From a virus (Duplodnaviria; Caudoviricetes), in the IMG/VR virus record IMGVR_UViG_3300020352_000013, positions 1 to 37,651 of that record: a stretch of 37,651 bases of DNA. The stretch is one strand, 5' to 3'. A program made the position numbers and the translations under genes. A model generated the notes under the pieces. The model was not told the DNA's origin. It ran no database searches and worked only from the letters and a program-made list of their open reading frames with translations. Positions 9,222-19,300 of the stretch are shown here, in pieces (within the stretch, counting starts at the first letter, position 1; each line of letters opens with the position of its first letter).

Positions 9222-9271
9222 TCGGTGTTGGGTGGTCTGTGATTCGTTCCGCACCCTCCACCGATATTTTT
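9222..9271 (+). terminator. Intrinsic terminator after capsid (T-phi equivalent)
   Basis: TCGGTG/CACCGA and GGGTG/CACCC stems followed by TATTTTT. Confidence 0.7.
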
Positions 9272-9288
9272 ATTTATAAAGAAAAGCT

Positions 9289-9867
9289 ATGGCACTGACA
9301 ACTAAACTGGAAGCGGTAAACATTATGATCTCTGTAATAGGAGAATCACCTGTTAATACTTTAAGTGGAACTAGTGTTCCTGTTACCGTTACACAGGCAG
9401 TCCATGCATTAGAAGAAACCAGCAAAGCTATCCAATCAGAAGGATGGCATTTCAACACAGAGTATGATTACCCACTTGTTCCTGATTCTGTTACAAGTAG
9501 GATTACTCTTCCTGTTAATACTTTAAAGGTAGACTTAGACCCTGAGTTAAACACGGACACTGATCCTGTACAACGAGGTCTCAAGCTATACGACAGGAAA
9601 AACCACAGGGATACTTGGACCAAAGACTTGAAAGCTATTATTACTTTTGAGTTACAGTTTGAAGAACTACCTGAACAATTTAGACATTACATATCTGTTA
9701 AATCTGCTCGCATCTTTGCTGCTAGGTTCTTAGGCAGTCGAGAGATAGAAGGGTTTGCTTTAAGAGATGAGATAGAAGCGAAAGCAAGAGCTATTGAAAG
9801 TGACTCTGAGAATGCTGACAGGACTATCTTCGATAACTATAGCGTACTGCGAGTGCTTGACAGATAA
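9289..9867 (+). CDS. gp11: Tail tubular protein A (adaptor)
   Basis: LEAVNIMISVIGESPV, QSEGWHFNTE, FEELP. Confidence 0.95.
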   Translation: MALTTKLEAVNIMISVIGESPVNTLSGTSVPVTVTQAVHALEETSKAIQSEGWHFNTEYDYPLVPDSVTSRITLPVNTLKVDLDPELNTDTDPVQRGLKLYDRKNHRDTWTKDLKAIITFELQFEELPEQFRHYISVKSARIFAARFLGSREIEGFALRDEIEAKARAIESDSENADRTIFDNYSVLRVLDR

Positions 9868-12800
9868 TGCCTTTGCTTAACACTAGCATTCCTAACCTTG
9901 CCCAAGGTGTATCACAACAGCCTGACAATTTAAGATACCCTGGACAATGTGATGAACAAGTTAATGCTTGGTCAACTGTAGTAGAGGGATTAGTAAAAAG
10001 ACCTAATTCTAGGTTTTCCTATGATACTGGATTAGGTGCTAATATTAGCTCTGATTTATTTAGTCACTATGTAGATAGAGATGAACAGAATAAATATGTT
10101 ATTACGTATGACTCTGTTAACGGATTAAAAGCAAGAGACCTAACTGTCGATAACATTAGCGATGGTGAGATGGATATAATTATTGAAGATGCTACCGCTG
10201 GTACTTATGTCGCTGTTTCTATCGCAGGCAATCCTCTTAAAGACCTTACAGCTTTAACCATAGCAGACTCTACCTTTATTGTTAACAAGGCTAAGACGGT
10301 AGATAAAGAGACAACAGCTGATTTAAAAACTCAACCGTTAGAGCACGATGCTTTAATCTTTGTTAAACTAGGAGACTACGAGAAGACTTATAGCATACAC
10401 CTAGATGGACTCTTAGTCCCTTTTGATAGCAGCTTAGGTGACCATCACGATTATTCATCAAGCAGTCATGGTAATACAGGGGTGCAAGCTTCTACTTACG
10501 TAAGTGGTCCAGCAGATGTAGACCCAAAAGGTAACCACGCTGATACGGAGTTTATCGCAAGAGACCTTACCACTTGTTTAGATACTTACATAACTGGGGC
10601 AGGTACTTTAGAAGTTTTTGCTTTATCGGGAGGATCAGGTTTAGGTCCATCATCTAATCTCAGACGCTACTGCACTCCTATAACTACATTTCATGTAGAC
10701 CAATTTGACGCAGGAGTAAAGATAGGATCAGGTGCAGGTGGAACTTTAACTGTTGTTGACGGCATAGTAACTGGTTCTACTTTAACTCAAAAAGGAACAG
10801 GTTATGACAGTACTGTTTCTACTGCTGCTTATAATACAGGAACACAATCTGGAATGTTAATAACTGTGAGATGGACAGCTGTCCATCAGTGGTATGGTGA
10901 CGAAACACTTAATTCAGGAGACCTAAACTATTTAACTCCAGGTGTCGTGATGCCTACTATAGACTCTGCCACTGTTGCAGGTACTACTACAAAATTTACC
11001 GTAGAAAGAAACAGCAGTATTATAAAAATATCATCAGACACAGATTTCATGGTCAGGGTTTCTGATGGATTAGCAGATCAAGGATTAGGTGTTATTTATA
11101 AAGAAGTAGATAATATTACTGATCTCCCTAAATCTTGTTTTAATAGCTTCCGAGTTAAAATAATAGGAGACACAGACCTAGAACAAGATGATTACTATGT
11201 AAGGTTTAAGACTAAAGATAACGAAGACTTTGGAGAAGGTAGTTGGGTAGAAGAACCAGGATGGTATCAAGACGGAACAAACAAAGGAAGCATAACAGGA
11301 ATAGATACTTTTTTAAATAAAGACACAATGCCTGTGCAACTAATCCCTGACCAAGCGACAGGTAAGATAACAAGCTTTACTTTGAAGACAGTTGATTGGG
11401 GAGCTAGAACAGCAGGTGACGATAACACTAATCCATTCCCTTCTTTTGTTAACTATAAAATCAATGACATCTTCTTCTTTAAGAATAGACTAGGACTGTT
11501 AACTGATGACTCGGTAGTGTTCTCTGAAGCAGATGAATACTTTAATTTCTTCAGGACCACAACACAGTCTCTACTTGACTCTGCTCCTATAGATGTAGGA
11601 ATATCACACACTAAGATAAGCTTACTTAAATACGCACAAGCGTTCCAAGAGAAGCTAATGTTGTTCTCTGCTAAGACACAGTTTGTATTGAGAGGTGCAG
11701 ACTTGTTAACACCTAAGACAGTTACAATATCTCCAGTCACTGAGTACGATGTAGCGGAAAGCATTAGACCGTTAGCACTTAGTAGTCACATATACTTTAA
11801 CTTTAAAAGGAATAGCTTTGAAGGATTGTTAGAGTACACTGTGGATAATAACACAGAGACCTACGGAGCAGCTGAGATAACAGAACAAGTTAATAAGTAC
11901 ATACCCTCTAACATCGTAAGGATGGAAGGTAGTGCAGCAGAGAACATGATAGTTGTACAATCAGACAGCGACTATAAGAAGTTGTTTGTATATAAGTACT
12001 TTTGGCAAGGCAGAGAGAAGATACAGAGTTCATGGATGTCGTTTACTTTTGCTAGAGAAGTGAGAAGTTTTAAGTTTATTGAATCTACTTTGCATATCAT
12101 TACAACAGATAGTGACGGTACTTACTTAGAACAGATACCAATGGAGAATGGTTTAGCAGAAACAGGTAGAGACTATGCTTTATTGTTAGACAGTAGGATA
12201 CAAAGTGACAGCGCTTACGTACAAACTATAACCTACACTAAGCCAAGCAGTCCTACACCTCAAAGCTTTGACGGAGTTAATTATACTGATGTTACTTATG
12301 TTAGGTTTAGAAATGGCTTTTTGTTTAAAAGTGGCATGGCTATCTACTCTAAGAACGGAACAAAGAAAGTAGTAACACCTCACTCTGTTAATGAAATCAC
12401 TATCTTGATTGATGGTAAGTTAGCTAATTATGTAAACTATTCTAGTCATGTAACTAATAACGGTGATACATATATATGCACTCAAGGACACACCTCAGAC
12501 GCAAATAAAGAACCAGGAGTGGGAGTTGACTGGGAGAGTTATTGGGAGAAGATAACGACAACTATAGTAGCGGACGCTTGGGCTTTAGCTGTTGTTTATA
12601 ATTTTAAAGCGTTATATAAGTGCGTTCAAGGACACACCTCCTCCGCATCCATCCTTCCTACAGATACTAACTATTGGCAACCTACTGTAGAAGTTGATGT
12701 AGCACCTGTATGGAGCGAGAACAGCTATGAGTACCTAAGTGTGTATGATTACTTTATAGGATACGAATACGATATGTTATACAGGTTCTCTAAGCAGAAC

Positions 12801-13142
12801 TTAAAGCAACCTACAGAGAGAGGTGGTCGATCTGCATCTGATTATACTTATCAAACAATTCGTAACGGTAGTATTGAATACTCAGAGACTGGACACTTCA
12901 ACGTAGAAGTAACACCTAAGTTTAGAGATACATACACTTACACCTATAACCCAGCTTTGTTAGCCTCTGTCAGTACCCTTAATAAATTCACACCTGAGAC
13001 TGGATTCTTTAAGTTTGCTGTACAAGCTCAACCTAATGATGCCACTATCGAGATTAAATCTTCTAGTGCTTTACCAGTGAAGTTACTATCAGCTGAGTTT
13101 GAATCAACAATCATATCAAGGAGTAGACGCTATGGAGGTTAA
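9867..13142 (+). CDS. gp12: Tail tubular protein B (nozzle), enlarged by insertions
   Basis: GVSQQPD, GLVKRP, NPFPSF, FFKNRLG, PIDV, QSSW; 1091 aa versus about 800 in T7. Confidence 0.93.
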   Translation: MPLLNTSIPNLAQGVSQQPDNLRYPGQCDEQVNAWSTVVEGLVKRPNSRFSYDTGLGANISSDLFSHYVDRDEQNKYVITYDSVNGLKARDLTVDNISDGEMDIIIEDATAGTYVAVSIAGNPLKDLTALTIADSTFIVNKAKTVDKETTADLKTQPLEHDALIFVKLGDYEKTYSIHLDGLLVPFDSSLGDHHDYSSSSHGNTGVQASTYVSGPADVDPKGNHADTEFIARDLTTCLDTYITGAGTLEVFALSGGSGLGPSSNLRRYCTPITTFHVDQFDAGVKIGSGAGGTLTVVDGIVTGSTLTQKGTGYDSTVSTAAYNTGTQSGMLITVRWTAVHQWYGDETLNSGDLNYLTPGVVMPTIDSATVAGTTTKFTVERNSSIIKISSDTDFMVRVSDGLADQGLGVIYKEVDNITDLPKSCFNSFRVKIIGDTDLEQDDYYVRFKTKDNEDFGEGSWVEEPGWYQDGTNKGSITGIDTFLNKDTMPVQLIPDQATGKITSFTLKTVDWGARTAGDDNTNPFPSFVNYKINDIFFFKNRLGLLTDDSVVFSEADEYFNFFRTTTQSLLDSAPIDVGISHTKISLLKYAQAFQEKLMLFSAKTQFVLRGADLLTPKTVTISPVTEYDVAESIRPLALSSHIYFNFKRNSFEGLLEYTVDNNTETYGAAEITEQVNKYIPSNIVRMEGSAAENMIVVQSDSDYKKLFVYKYFWQGREKIQSSWMSFTFAREVRSFKFIESTLHIITTDSDGTYLEQIPMENGLAETGRDYALLLDSRIQSDSAYVQTITYTKPSSPTPQSFDGVNYTDVTYVRFRNGFLFKSGMAIYSKNGTKKVVTPHSVNEITILIDGKLANYVNYSSHVTNNGDTYICTQGHTSDANKEPGVGVDWESYWEKITTTIVADAWALAVVYNFKALYKCVQGHTSSASILPTDTNYWQPTVEVDVAPVWSENSYEYLSVYDYFIGYEYDMLYRFSKQNLKQPTERGGRSASDYTYQTIRNGSIEYSETGHFNVEVTPKFRDTYTYTYNPALLASVSTLNKFTPETGFFKFAVQAQPNDATIEIKSSSALPVKLLSAEFESTIISRSRRYGG

Positions 13143-13572
13143 GATAGAAAAAGCAAAAGCACTTGAAGACGCTCCTTTGTTATATGATGACTTACGAGAA
13201 GAGGACATGATGGAATGTATCGGTCTAATGCACCACCCTAGAGATGCTGTGTACGGATCGTTTGAATCAAGTAGTAAATGCTATAGCGTCAAGACAGATC
13301 AAGACGGACTGTTAGCTTGCTTCGGAGTTAGTCCGAGAGATAACATCGGAGTTTGTTGGTTGCTAGGTACGAGAAACTTTTATAAGATAAAGAAGAAGTT
13401 TGTTAAGGAATCACAGATGTGGATAGATGACTTGATGGGAGACTTTGACTACTTAACAAATTATATAATGGAAGCGAACACACTAAGTATGAGATGGTTG
13501 AAATGGTTAGGTGCTAGTTTTGAGGATTGCAATATCCCTGGTTATAAGTCATTTAAGATAGAGAGGAAATAA
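13132..13572 (+). CDS. gp13: Internal virion protein A-like
   Basis: LREED..E, WLLGT, N...MRWLKWLG..F; AAGGAG SD before ATG 13132. Confidence 0.85.
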   Translation: MEVKIEKAKALEDAPLLYDDLREEDMMECIGLMHHPRDAVYGSFESSSKCYSVKTDQDGLLACFGVSPRDNIGVCWLLGTRNFYKIKKKFVKESQMWIDDLMGDFDYLTNYIMEANTLSMRWLKWLGASFEDCNIPGYKSFKIERK

Positions 13573-13573
13573 T

Positions 13574-14209
13574 ATGTGTGACCCAGCAACAATAGGAGCG
13601 ATAGTAGGAGTAGCATCAGCAGGTGCAGGGTATGCAGGGCAAAGACAACAAGCTAAAGCACAAGCAGCGTATCAAGCACAGTCGGCAGCAGCGGAGCGTC
13701 AAAGAGCGTTACAAGAGCAATCCTCTATCCGTATGCAACAAGCACAACAACAAGAAGCTACTGCTAGGGAACTACAACAAGTTAGTAAGAAGTCCCAAGA
13801 AGCTTTAGCTAGAGCGAGAGTTTCAGCAGGGGAAGCAGGTGTTGCAGGTGCTAGTGTACAAGCTTTAATGGATGACTACTCTAGGCAGGAAGCAGGGTAT
13901 AGAGCAGCTACTTTAAGACAACAAGAGTTAACAGGAGTAGGTACACAGCTAGGATTAGAACAAGCTGGACTAGCTTCTCAACAAAGACTTATTGGCATTC
14001 AACAACCTATTAACAGACCTAGCTTATTAGTATCAGGGTTACAAGCTGTTAGCGGTGGACTTAGTGGATATGCAGCAGGTCAGGGTATTAGCAGTAGAAT
14101 GGCAGGTACATCAACAACAGGAATAACCCAAACCACAGCAGGTACTTATAGAGGAGGTTCAGGAGGTACGATGGCTCCTGGTGGTTACTCTTTATTTGGA
14201 GGAAGATAA
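13574..14209 (+). CDS. gp14: Internal virion protein B-like
   Basis: MCDP start, Ala/Gln-rich, AGEAGVAGASV motif, synteny. Confidence 0.85.
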   Translation: MCDPATIGAIVGVASAGAGYAGQRQQAKAQAAYQAQSAAAERQRALQEQSSIRMQQAQQQEATARELQQVSKKSQEALARARVSAGEAGVAGASVQALMDDYSRQEAGYRAATLRQQELTGVGTQLGLEQAGLASQQRLIGIQQPINRPSLLVSGLQAVSGGLSGYAAGQGISSRMAGTSTTGITQTTAGTYRGGSGGTMAPGGYSLFGGR

Positions 14210-16383
14210 TGGCAGAACGAGTACAAGTACAAGGGTTAGGTGATGCAGTTCCAGGTTTACAACCTACTATTCAAAGAGCAGGTCAATACAGTGTAGGTCA
14301 GCGTAGAGCTGGTAGGAATAAGTTGATGGACCTTGCTGATGCTTTGTCACAGGTTAATCCTATATTGCAACAGTACACACAGGTAGCTGATATAGAAGCA
14401 GAACAATTTGAAGATGAGTTATCAAAGCAGAGTCCTGAAGAGTTTCAAGCGATGCTCCAAAAGACAGAGGGAGAGTTTGATAAGCTGTCTAGAAAAGGGG
14501 TAATGAGTTGGCTTACTTCTCCTGTTAATCGGAAGAGAAAACTAGAGGCAGTGGGTAACTTATCAAGTAGAGATTTAATATCTCAGATAACTACTAGGTT
14601 AGAGAATCCTGAAGTCGGAGATGAAGATGCAGATCAAATCATAGCAGAACTTAGAGATGAGTATATAAGTAAAAATCCTTTGTTAAGAGATTCATTGTTA
14701 TCTCAAGGAGGTTTACAGCAGTCTCTTAATAGAGTAACACCTAATTTAAAAATTAACTTTGACAGGAAGATGTCAGCAGAGGAAAGAAGAGAACAAGGAT
14801 TTGCGACTACTGCTGGTTTATATGATTTCATAGATAATCTTAAAGATACAAACACTCTTGTTACTGGCGGTATATCAGACGGTTCTTACACTGAAGATTT
14901 TAAAAAGATATGGGAAGGATCAAATGCTCATAACGCTAAAGAACAAAGAGCAATACTTAAAGGAGCGTTAGGTTCTTTAGCTCGTAATGGAATGCAAGAT
15001 GAAGCAGAGGAACTTAGGATATGGGCTGCTTCTAATTTAAAGTTTGGTACAGCTAAGATGACCGAGATGGAACAAGATGAATTAGATGACTTCATTGATG
15101 ATGTAGCAGAACAATCGGAAGATAGAAATGACAGGGATCAAGTTAATATAGCTAAGGAACTAGAAGCACAAATTGGAATAGCTATTTTTGATCTTAACGA
15201 AAAAAAGACAGTAACAGAATTTAACGGTAAGCCTGTAAACAATGTTAATGAATTAATAGATTTAGTAGGCGAGACATACGAAGACAGTAACGGTGTTCGT
15301 TTATCCTCAGCGACTCAAAGAAAACTTAGGAGAAGTGTAATTTACGAAGTAAATAATTATAGAAGCCCAGAAAAGAGAGCAGCTGATACTAGTTATAATG
15401 CGTCTCGTAACGAGTTTTCCGATTTATTTAACGCTAAAAATGAAACAAACATAACAACAGGAATATCAGAAACACTTAGAAGCGAATACTCTGACATTCA
15501 AAATATAATAGATGACAACCCAAATATTCTATTTGATGTTGCAAATGATTTTAATAATGAACTACAAGAAGAAGCACAACGATTAGCAGCAGAGTCAGAA
15601 GATTTTGATCCTGTAAAAATAAAGAATAAGTTAACTCCTTTTGCGAGAAAACTTTACAAAACAACACAGAAGAATTTAAGAGAAGAATACGAAAAAATCG
15701 CTAAAGTAGAAAAAGAAAAAAATGACTTACTTCAAGCAACTAAAACCGAAGCAGGTAATGAAAAAGTAATAGAAGATTCCTTTTGGAAAAAGCTAGGGTT
15801 TAATGCATTAACAGAAAAAGAGAAGGCAGAAAATTACATTGCAGTTTTAGGCAACACAGAAATAGAAGATGTTAAAGAACAGAACAAAGCTTATAAAAAA
15901 CTAGGTGATCTTGATTTTACTGATCTATTAGACAAAGCATACAAAAGGAAACCTGTTTCTGTACAAAGGTTTTCCACTACAGGGTTTGATCCTTTAGCTG
16001 ATGTGGAAATATACATGACCGAAGAAGCTGCTGAAGAAGTTAAAATGCTGTATAAAAAGAGTTCTATTTATTTAGGTTATTATACTGATCTAGAAACCTT
16101 ACGAGACGGTCTGTTACCTGAAGGTGAGCGATTTAATCCTAGAGCTTTAGACGCTAAAATTTTTCCTATACTAACATATAAAGAGATTAAAATGGGTTTA
16201 TCTACTACGGAATCAATTAAAGAAAAAGCTGAACTAATAGGACGAGGAGATGATGTAGATAGTTTTCTTAACGAACAGAAAAAATTATTAGAAAGGTACG
16301 AAAAGAGTAAGCGTACTTATCCACGATTTGAACGATCAGTTTCAGCAAGACCTCAAAATTTAATTAATCCTTTTGGATTTTAG
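14209..16383 (+). CDS. Internal virion protein C-like
   Basis: 724-aa helical, charged protein in the gp15 position; called on synteny only. Confidence 0.7.
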   Translation: MAERVQVQGLGDAVPGLQPTIQRAGQYSVGQRRAGRNKLMDLADALSQVNPILQQYTQVADIEAEQFEDELSKQSPEEFQAMLQKTEGEFDKLSRKGVMSWLTSPVNRKRKLEAVGNLSSRDLISQITTRLENPEVGDEDADQIIAELRDEYISKNPLLRDSLLSQGGLQQSLNRVTPNLKINFDRKMSAEERREQGFATTAGLYDFIDNLKDTNTLVTGGISDGSYTEDFKKIWEGSNAHNAKEQRAILKGALGSLARNGMQDEAEELRIWAASNLKFGTAKMTEMEQDELDDFIDDVAEQSEDRNDRDQVNIAKELEAQIGIAIFDLNEKKTVTEFNGKPVNNVNELIDLVGETYEDSNGVRLSSATQRKLRRSVIYEVNNYRSPEKRAADTSYNASRNEFSDLFNAKNETNITTGISETLRSEYSDIQNIIDDNPNILFDVANDFNNELQEEAQRLAAESEDFDPVKIKNKLTPFARKLYKTTQKNLREEYEKIAKVEKEKNDLLQATKTEAGNEKVIEDSFWKKLGFNALTEKEKAENYIAVLGNTEIEDVKEQNKAYKKLGDLDFTDLLDKAYKRKPVSVQRFSTTGFDPLADVEIYMTEEAAEEVKMLYKKSSIYLGYYTDLETLRDGLLPEGERFNPRALDAKIFPILTYKEIKMGLSTTESIKEKAELIGRGDDVDSFLNEQKKLLERYEKSKRTYPRFERSVSARPQNLINPFGF

Positions 16384-16394
16384 TTTTTATTATT

Positions 16395-19300
16395 ATGGAA
16401 GAAACAGAAGAAGAATTACTGAGAGACCCTACAGCAACTATAGGATTAGGAGGTTCTGATACTCTCCCTAAACAGCAAACACAAAAAGCACCTCAAGTAC
16501 AAGAAAAAGAAAAGGAAGAAGATTTAGATTTTTTTGACTACGCTGGAGATATAGCTTTAGCTCCTTTTAGGGGCATAGAGGGAATGCTTAATGGTGCGTA
16601 TAATCTAGCTGACATGATTGCGTTTGATGTACTGCCTGACTTGGACACTCGTTTCTTAGGTACTTCTAAAACTACAGCAGGTTCTTTAGTAGAGGGTGTA
16701 GCTCAGTTTGCTTCAGGGTTCGTTCCTATCTTTGGTGCAGCTGGTAAAATAGGTGCGTTAGCTAAAGCAGGTACTGTTGCTAGAGGTGTAGCTGCTGGTG
16801 CTGTTACTGATTTTGTAGCGTTCAAAGGACAAGAAGATAGATTGTCTAATCTCATACAACAATTCCCTGAGTTACAGAATCCAGTTACTGAGTTCTTGGC
16901 ACACGATGCAAACGAGTCTGAAGTAGAAGGCAGGTTGAAGAATGTACTAGAAGGCTTGATTCTTGAAGGTGCTATCGGAGGGACTGTTACTTTGTTTATG
17001 AAGTCTCTCAGAGCTTTGAAGGCAGGTAAGAAAGTAAGAGATGTAGACGGTGGTGGTGCTGATGAGGTTAATAAAGCTACTTCAGATTCTCTAGGAGGCG
17101 GTAAGGATTTTGCTGATATACCTGAGTTCAAGGAAGATACATCCCTAATCCAAAAAGAACTAGACCAAGATAAAACTAGGCTTGATGAACTGTTAAAGAA
17201 AAAAGAAGAAGGCAAAGCAACTAGTGCTGATGAGACTAGAATATCTATGCTTGAAAACCGTATAGAAGGTAAAGAAGCTGATCTTCGTGTGTTAGGTGAT
17301 GTTAGGACTGCTGATGTAAAGGATAGAGTAAGAGTAGCAGAAGAAAGAGAACTACAAGAAAGAGTAGAAGAACTAGACGAAACTTTAGAAGACTTTGACG
17401 CTACTGTAGAAAGAACACCTAGACCGTTTAAGACCTACGAAGAGGAAGCCATGATGGATATTATTCCTAAAGGTGCTGACACTCTAAAAAGCAGGTTAAT
17501 GAAGAAGTTCCCTATAAAGGGAGCAGACCCACAAGATGTAGCTGATGTTGAAAAGTTCATTGATGTGATGGGTAAGCGGTTGTTTGGTGATGTATCGTTA
17601 TCCGTCACTAACAAGATACCATCTGCTGGTCGTTATAACTTTGGTAACAACCTACTACAAATAAGGCAGTCTGTTATAGACGAGGGTGGTATTAAGCGTA
17701 CTATGGTCCACGAGCTTTGGCATGGACTTAGTCGTTATCTTCCTAAGACAGATGTTACTTCTTTAACTAAACAGTTTGATAAAGCTAGGAGAGATTACAT
17801 CAGAAGTTTTGGAGTTGATTTAGATGACACTGTTGATCCTTCTTCCTTGCTTAAAAAAACAATACCTAAAGAACTAGAAAGATTTCTTAAAGGTAAACAC
17901 ACCTCTGAGAACTATAGGTTTAAAGATGTAGACGAATACTTTGCAGAGGAAATGACTGATGCTTTCTTGAAGAAGTTAGACGAGAAAGATTTAGCTCCTT
18001 CAGGTACACTTAAAAGAATAGCACAAGAAGTAGCGATCATGTTCAAGGATATGTTTGCTTCTTTAAAATCTAAGTTAGGTATAGACCAAAGGCAGAAGAT
18101 ATTTAACGACTTCCTTAAACAGCGTAATGTAACTAAGAGAGCAGAAGCACCTTTAGATTTTGGTAAAACTTTTGCTGAGATGCCTGACTTTAAACCTAAG
18201 ATAAAGACAGACCCTGAGTGGCAGCAATGGACAAACGCTGTGTTAAAAGGAGAAAGTCCTACTCTACCTCGTTTAGAAGTTGTAGGTGATATTGACTCAG
18301 CTCATAAGATACTAACAGAAAAGTACGCTAATAATCCTGAGTTATTAAAGAAGTTTGATGAAGCACCTGCTGATGCTTTAGATGAAGAGTTTGCAGCTCT
18401 GTTTGAAATGGGTGCTCAGTCCATTAAAGATCGTAGGAAGATTCGTATAGAAAGCGAGATATTCAAAGACTTGTTAAAAGGTTCTAACGAACGCTTAATG
18501 AAAGCTGTTAAACAGTTTGAAGATACAGAAAGCTTACAATCAGAAGCAGCATTGAGAAATCAGTTGAGTGAGTTTGTAGAGATATACGATTACTACAGAC
18601 AGATGGGTTCTGAGGATTCTAAGAATCTTGCTATGCGTAGACAGAAGAAACCTATATCTAGAAAGATAGGGTTAGAGAAAAGCGAGCTACAGAACACTGC
18701 TCTTGTAAGAGAATTTATTAACAACCAAGCAGGTGGGATGTCTCCTAAGAAAGCTGTTAAGCTTATAAAAGAGATGTACGATCCTAATAACCCTGAAGCT
18801 ACTATAAAAAAAGTATTAGGGATAGCCAAAAAGGCACAAGGAAAAAGCTTGTTAGACATGACCACTGAATATTGGATTAACTCCATCCTTAGTGGACCTA
18901 GAACACAAGCTGTCAACTTACTAGGTAATCTTTTAACTCAGGCGTTAGGTGCAGCAGAGATGACAGCAGGTGCGGTTATTAGTGGAAACATGCCATTAGC
19001 TAAAGCTGCGTTAGCACTTAGTTTTGACTGGAATTTATATCGTGAGGCTTTTTCAGCTGCTGGAAAAACATTAATAACAGGAAGAGAAGTATTAGATGTA
19101 GGCAGTAGAACAATGGAAACATCTAGGCAAGCTATAGGTGAGTCTATTGATTTTGATCCTTTAGGTAAAGGCAGTAAAAATATAGACAGAAATGCTATAA
19201 ACACATTAGGCACAGTAATTAATCTCCCTGCAAGGGGTTTGTTGACTGGGGATGAATTCTTTAAACAAATAGCTTTTAGAAGAGCTGCTCGATTAAAAGC

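Noticed and set aside
9053-9298. Possible capsid 10B-type frameshift extension
   Set aside because: The overlapping frame is +1 rather than -1, adds only a short tail through the terminator, and has no convincing slippery site.
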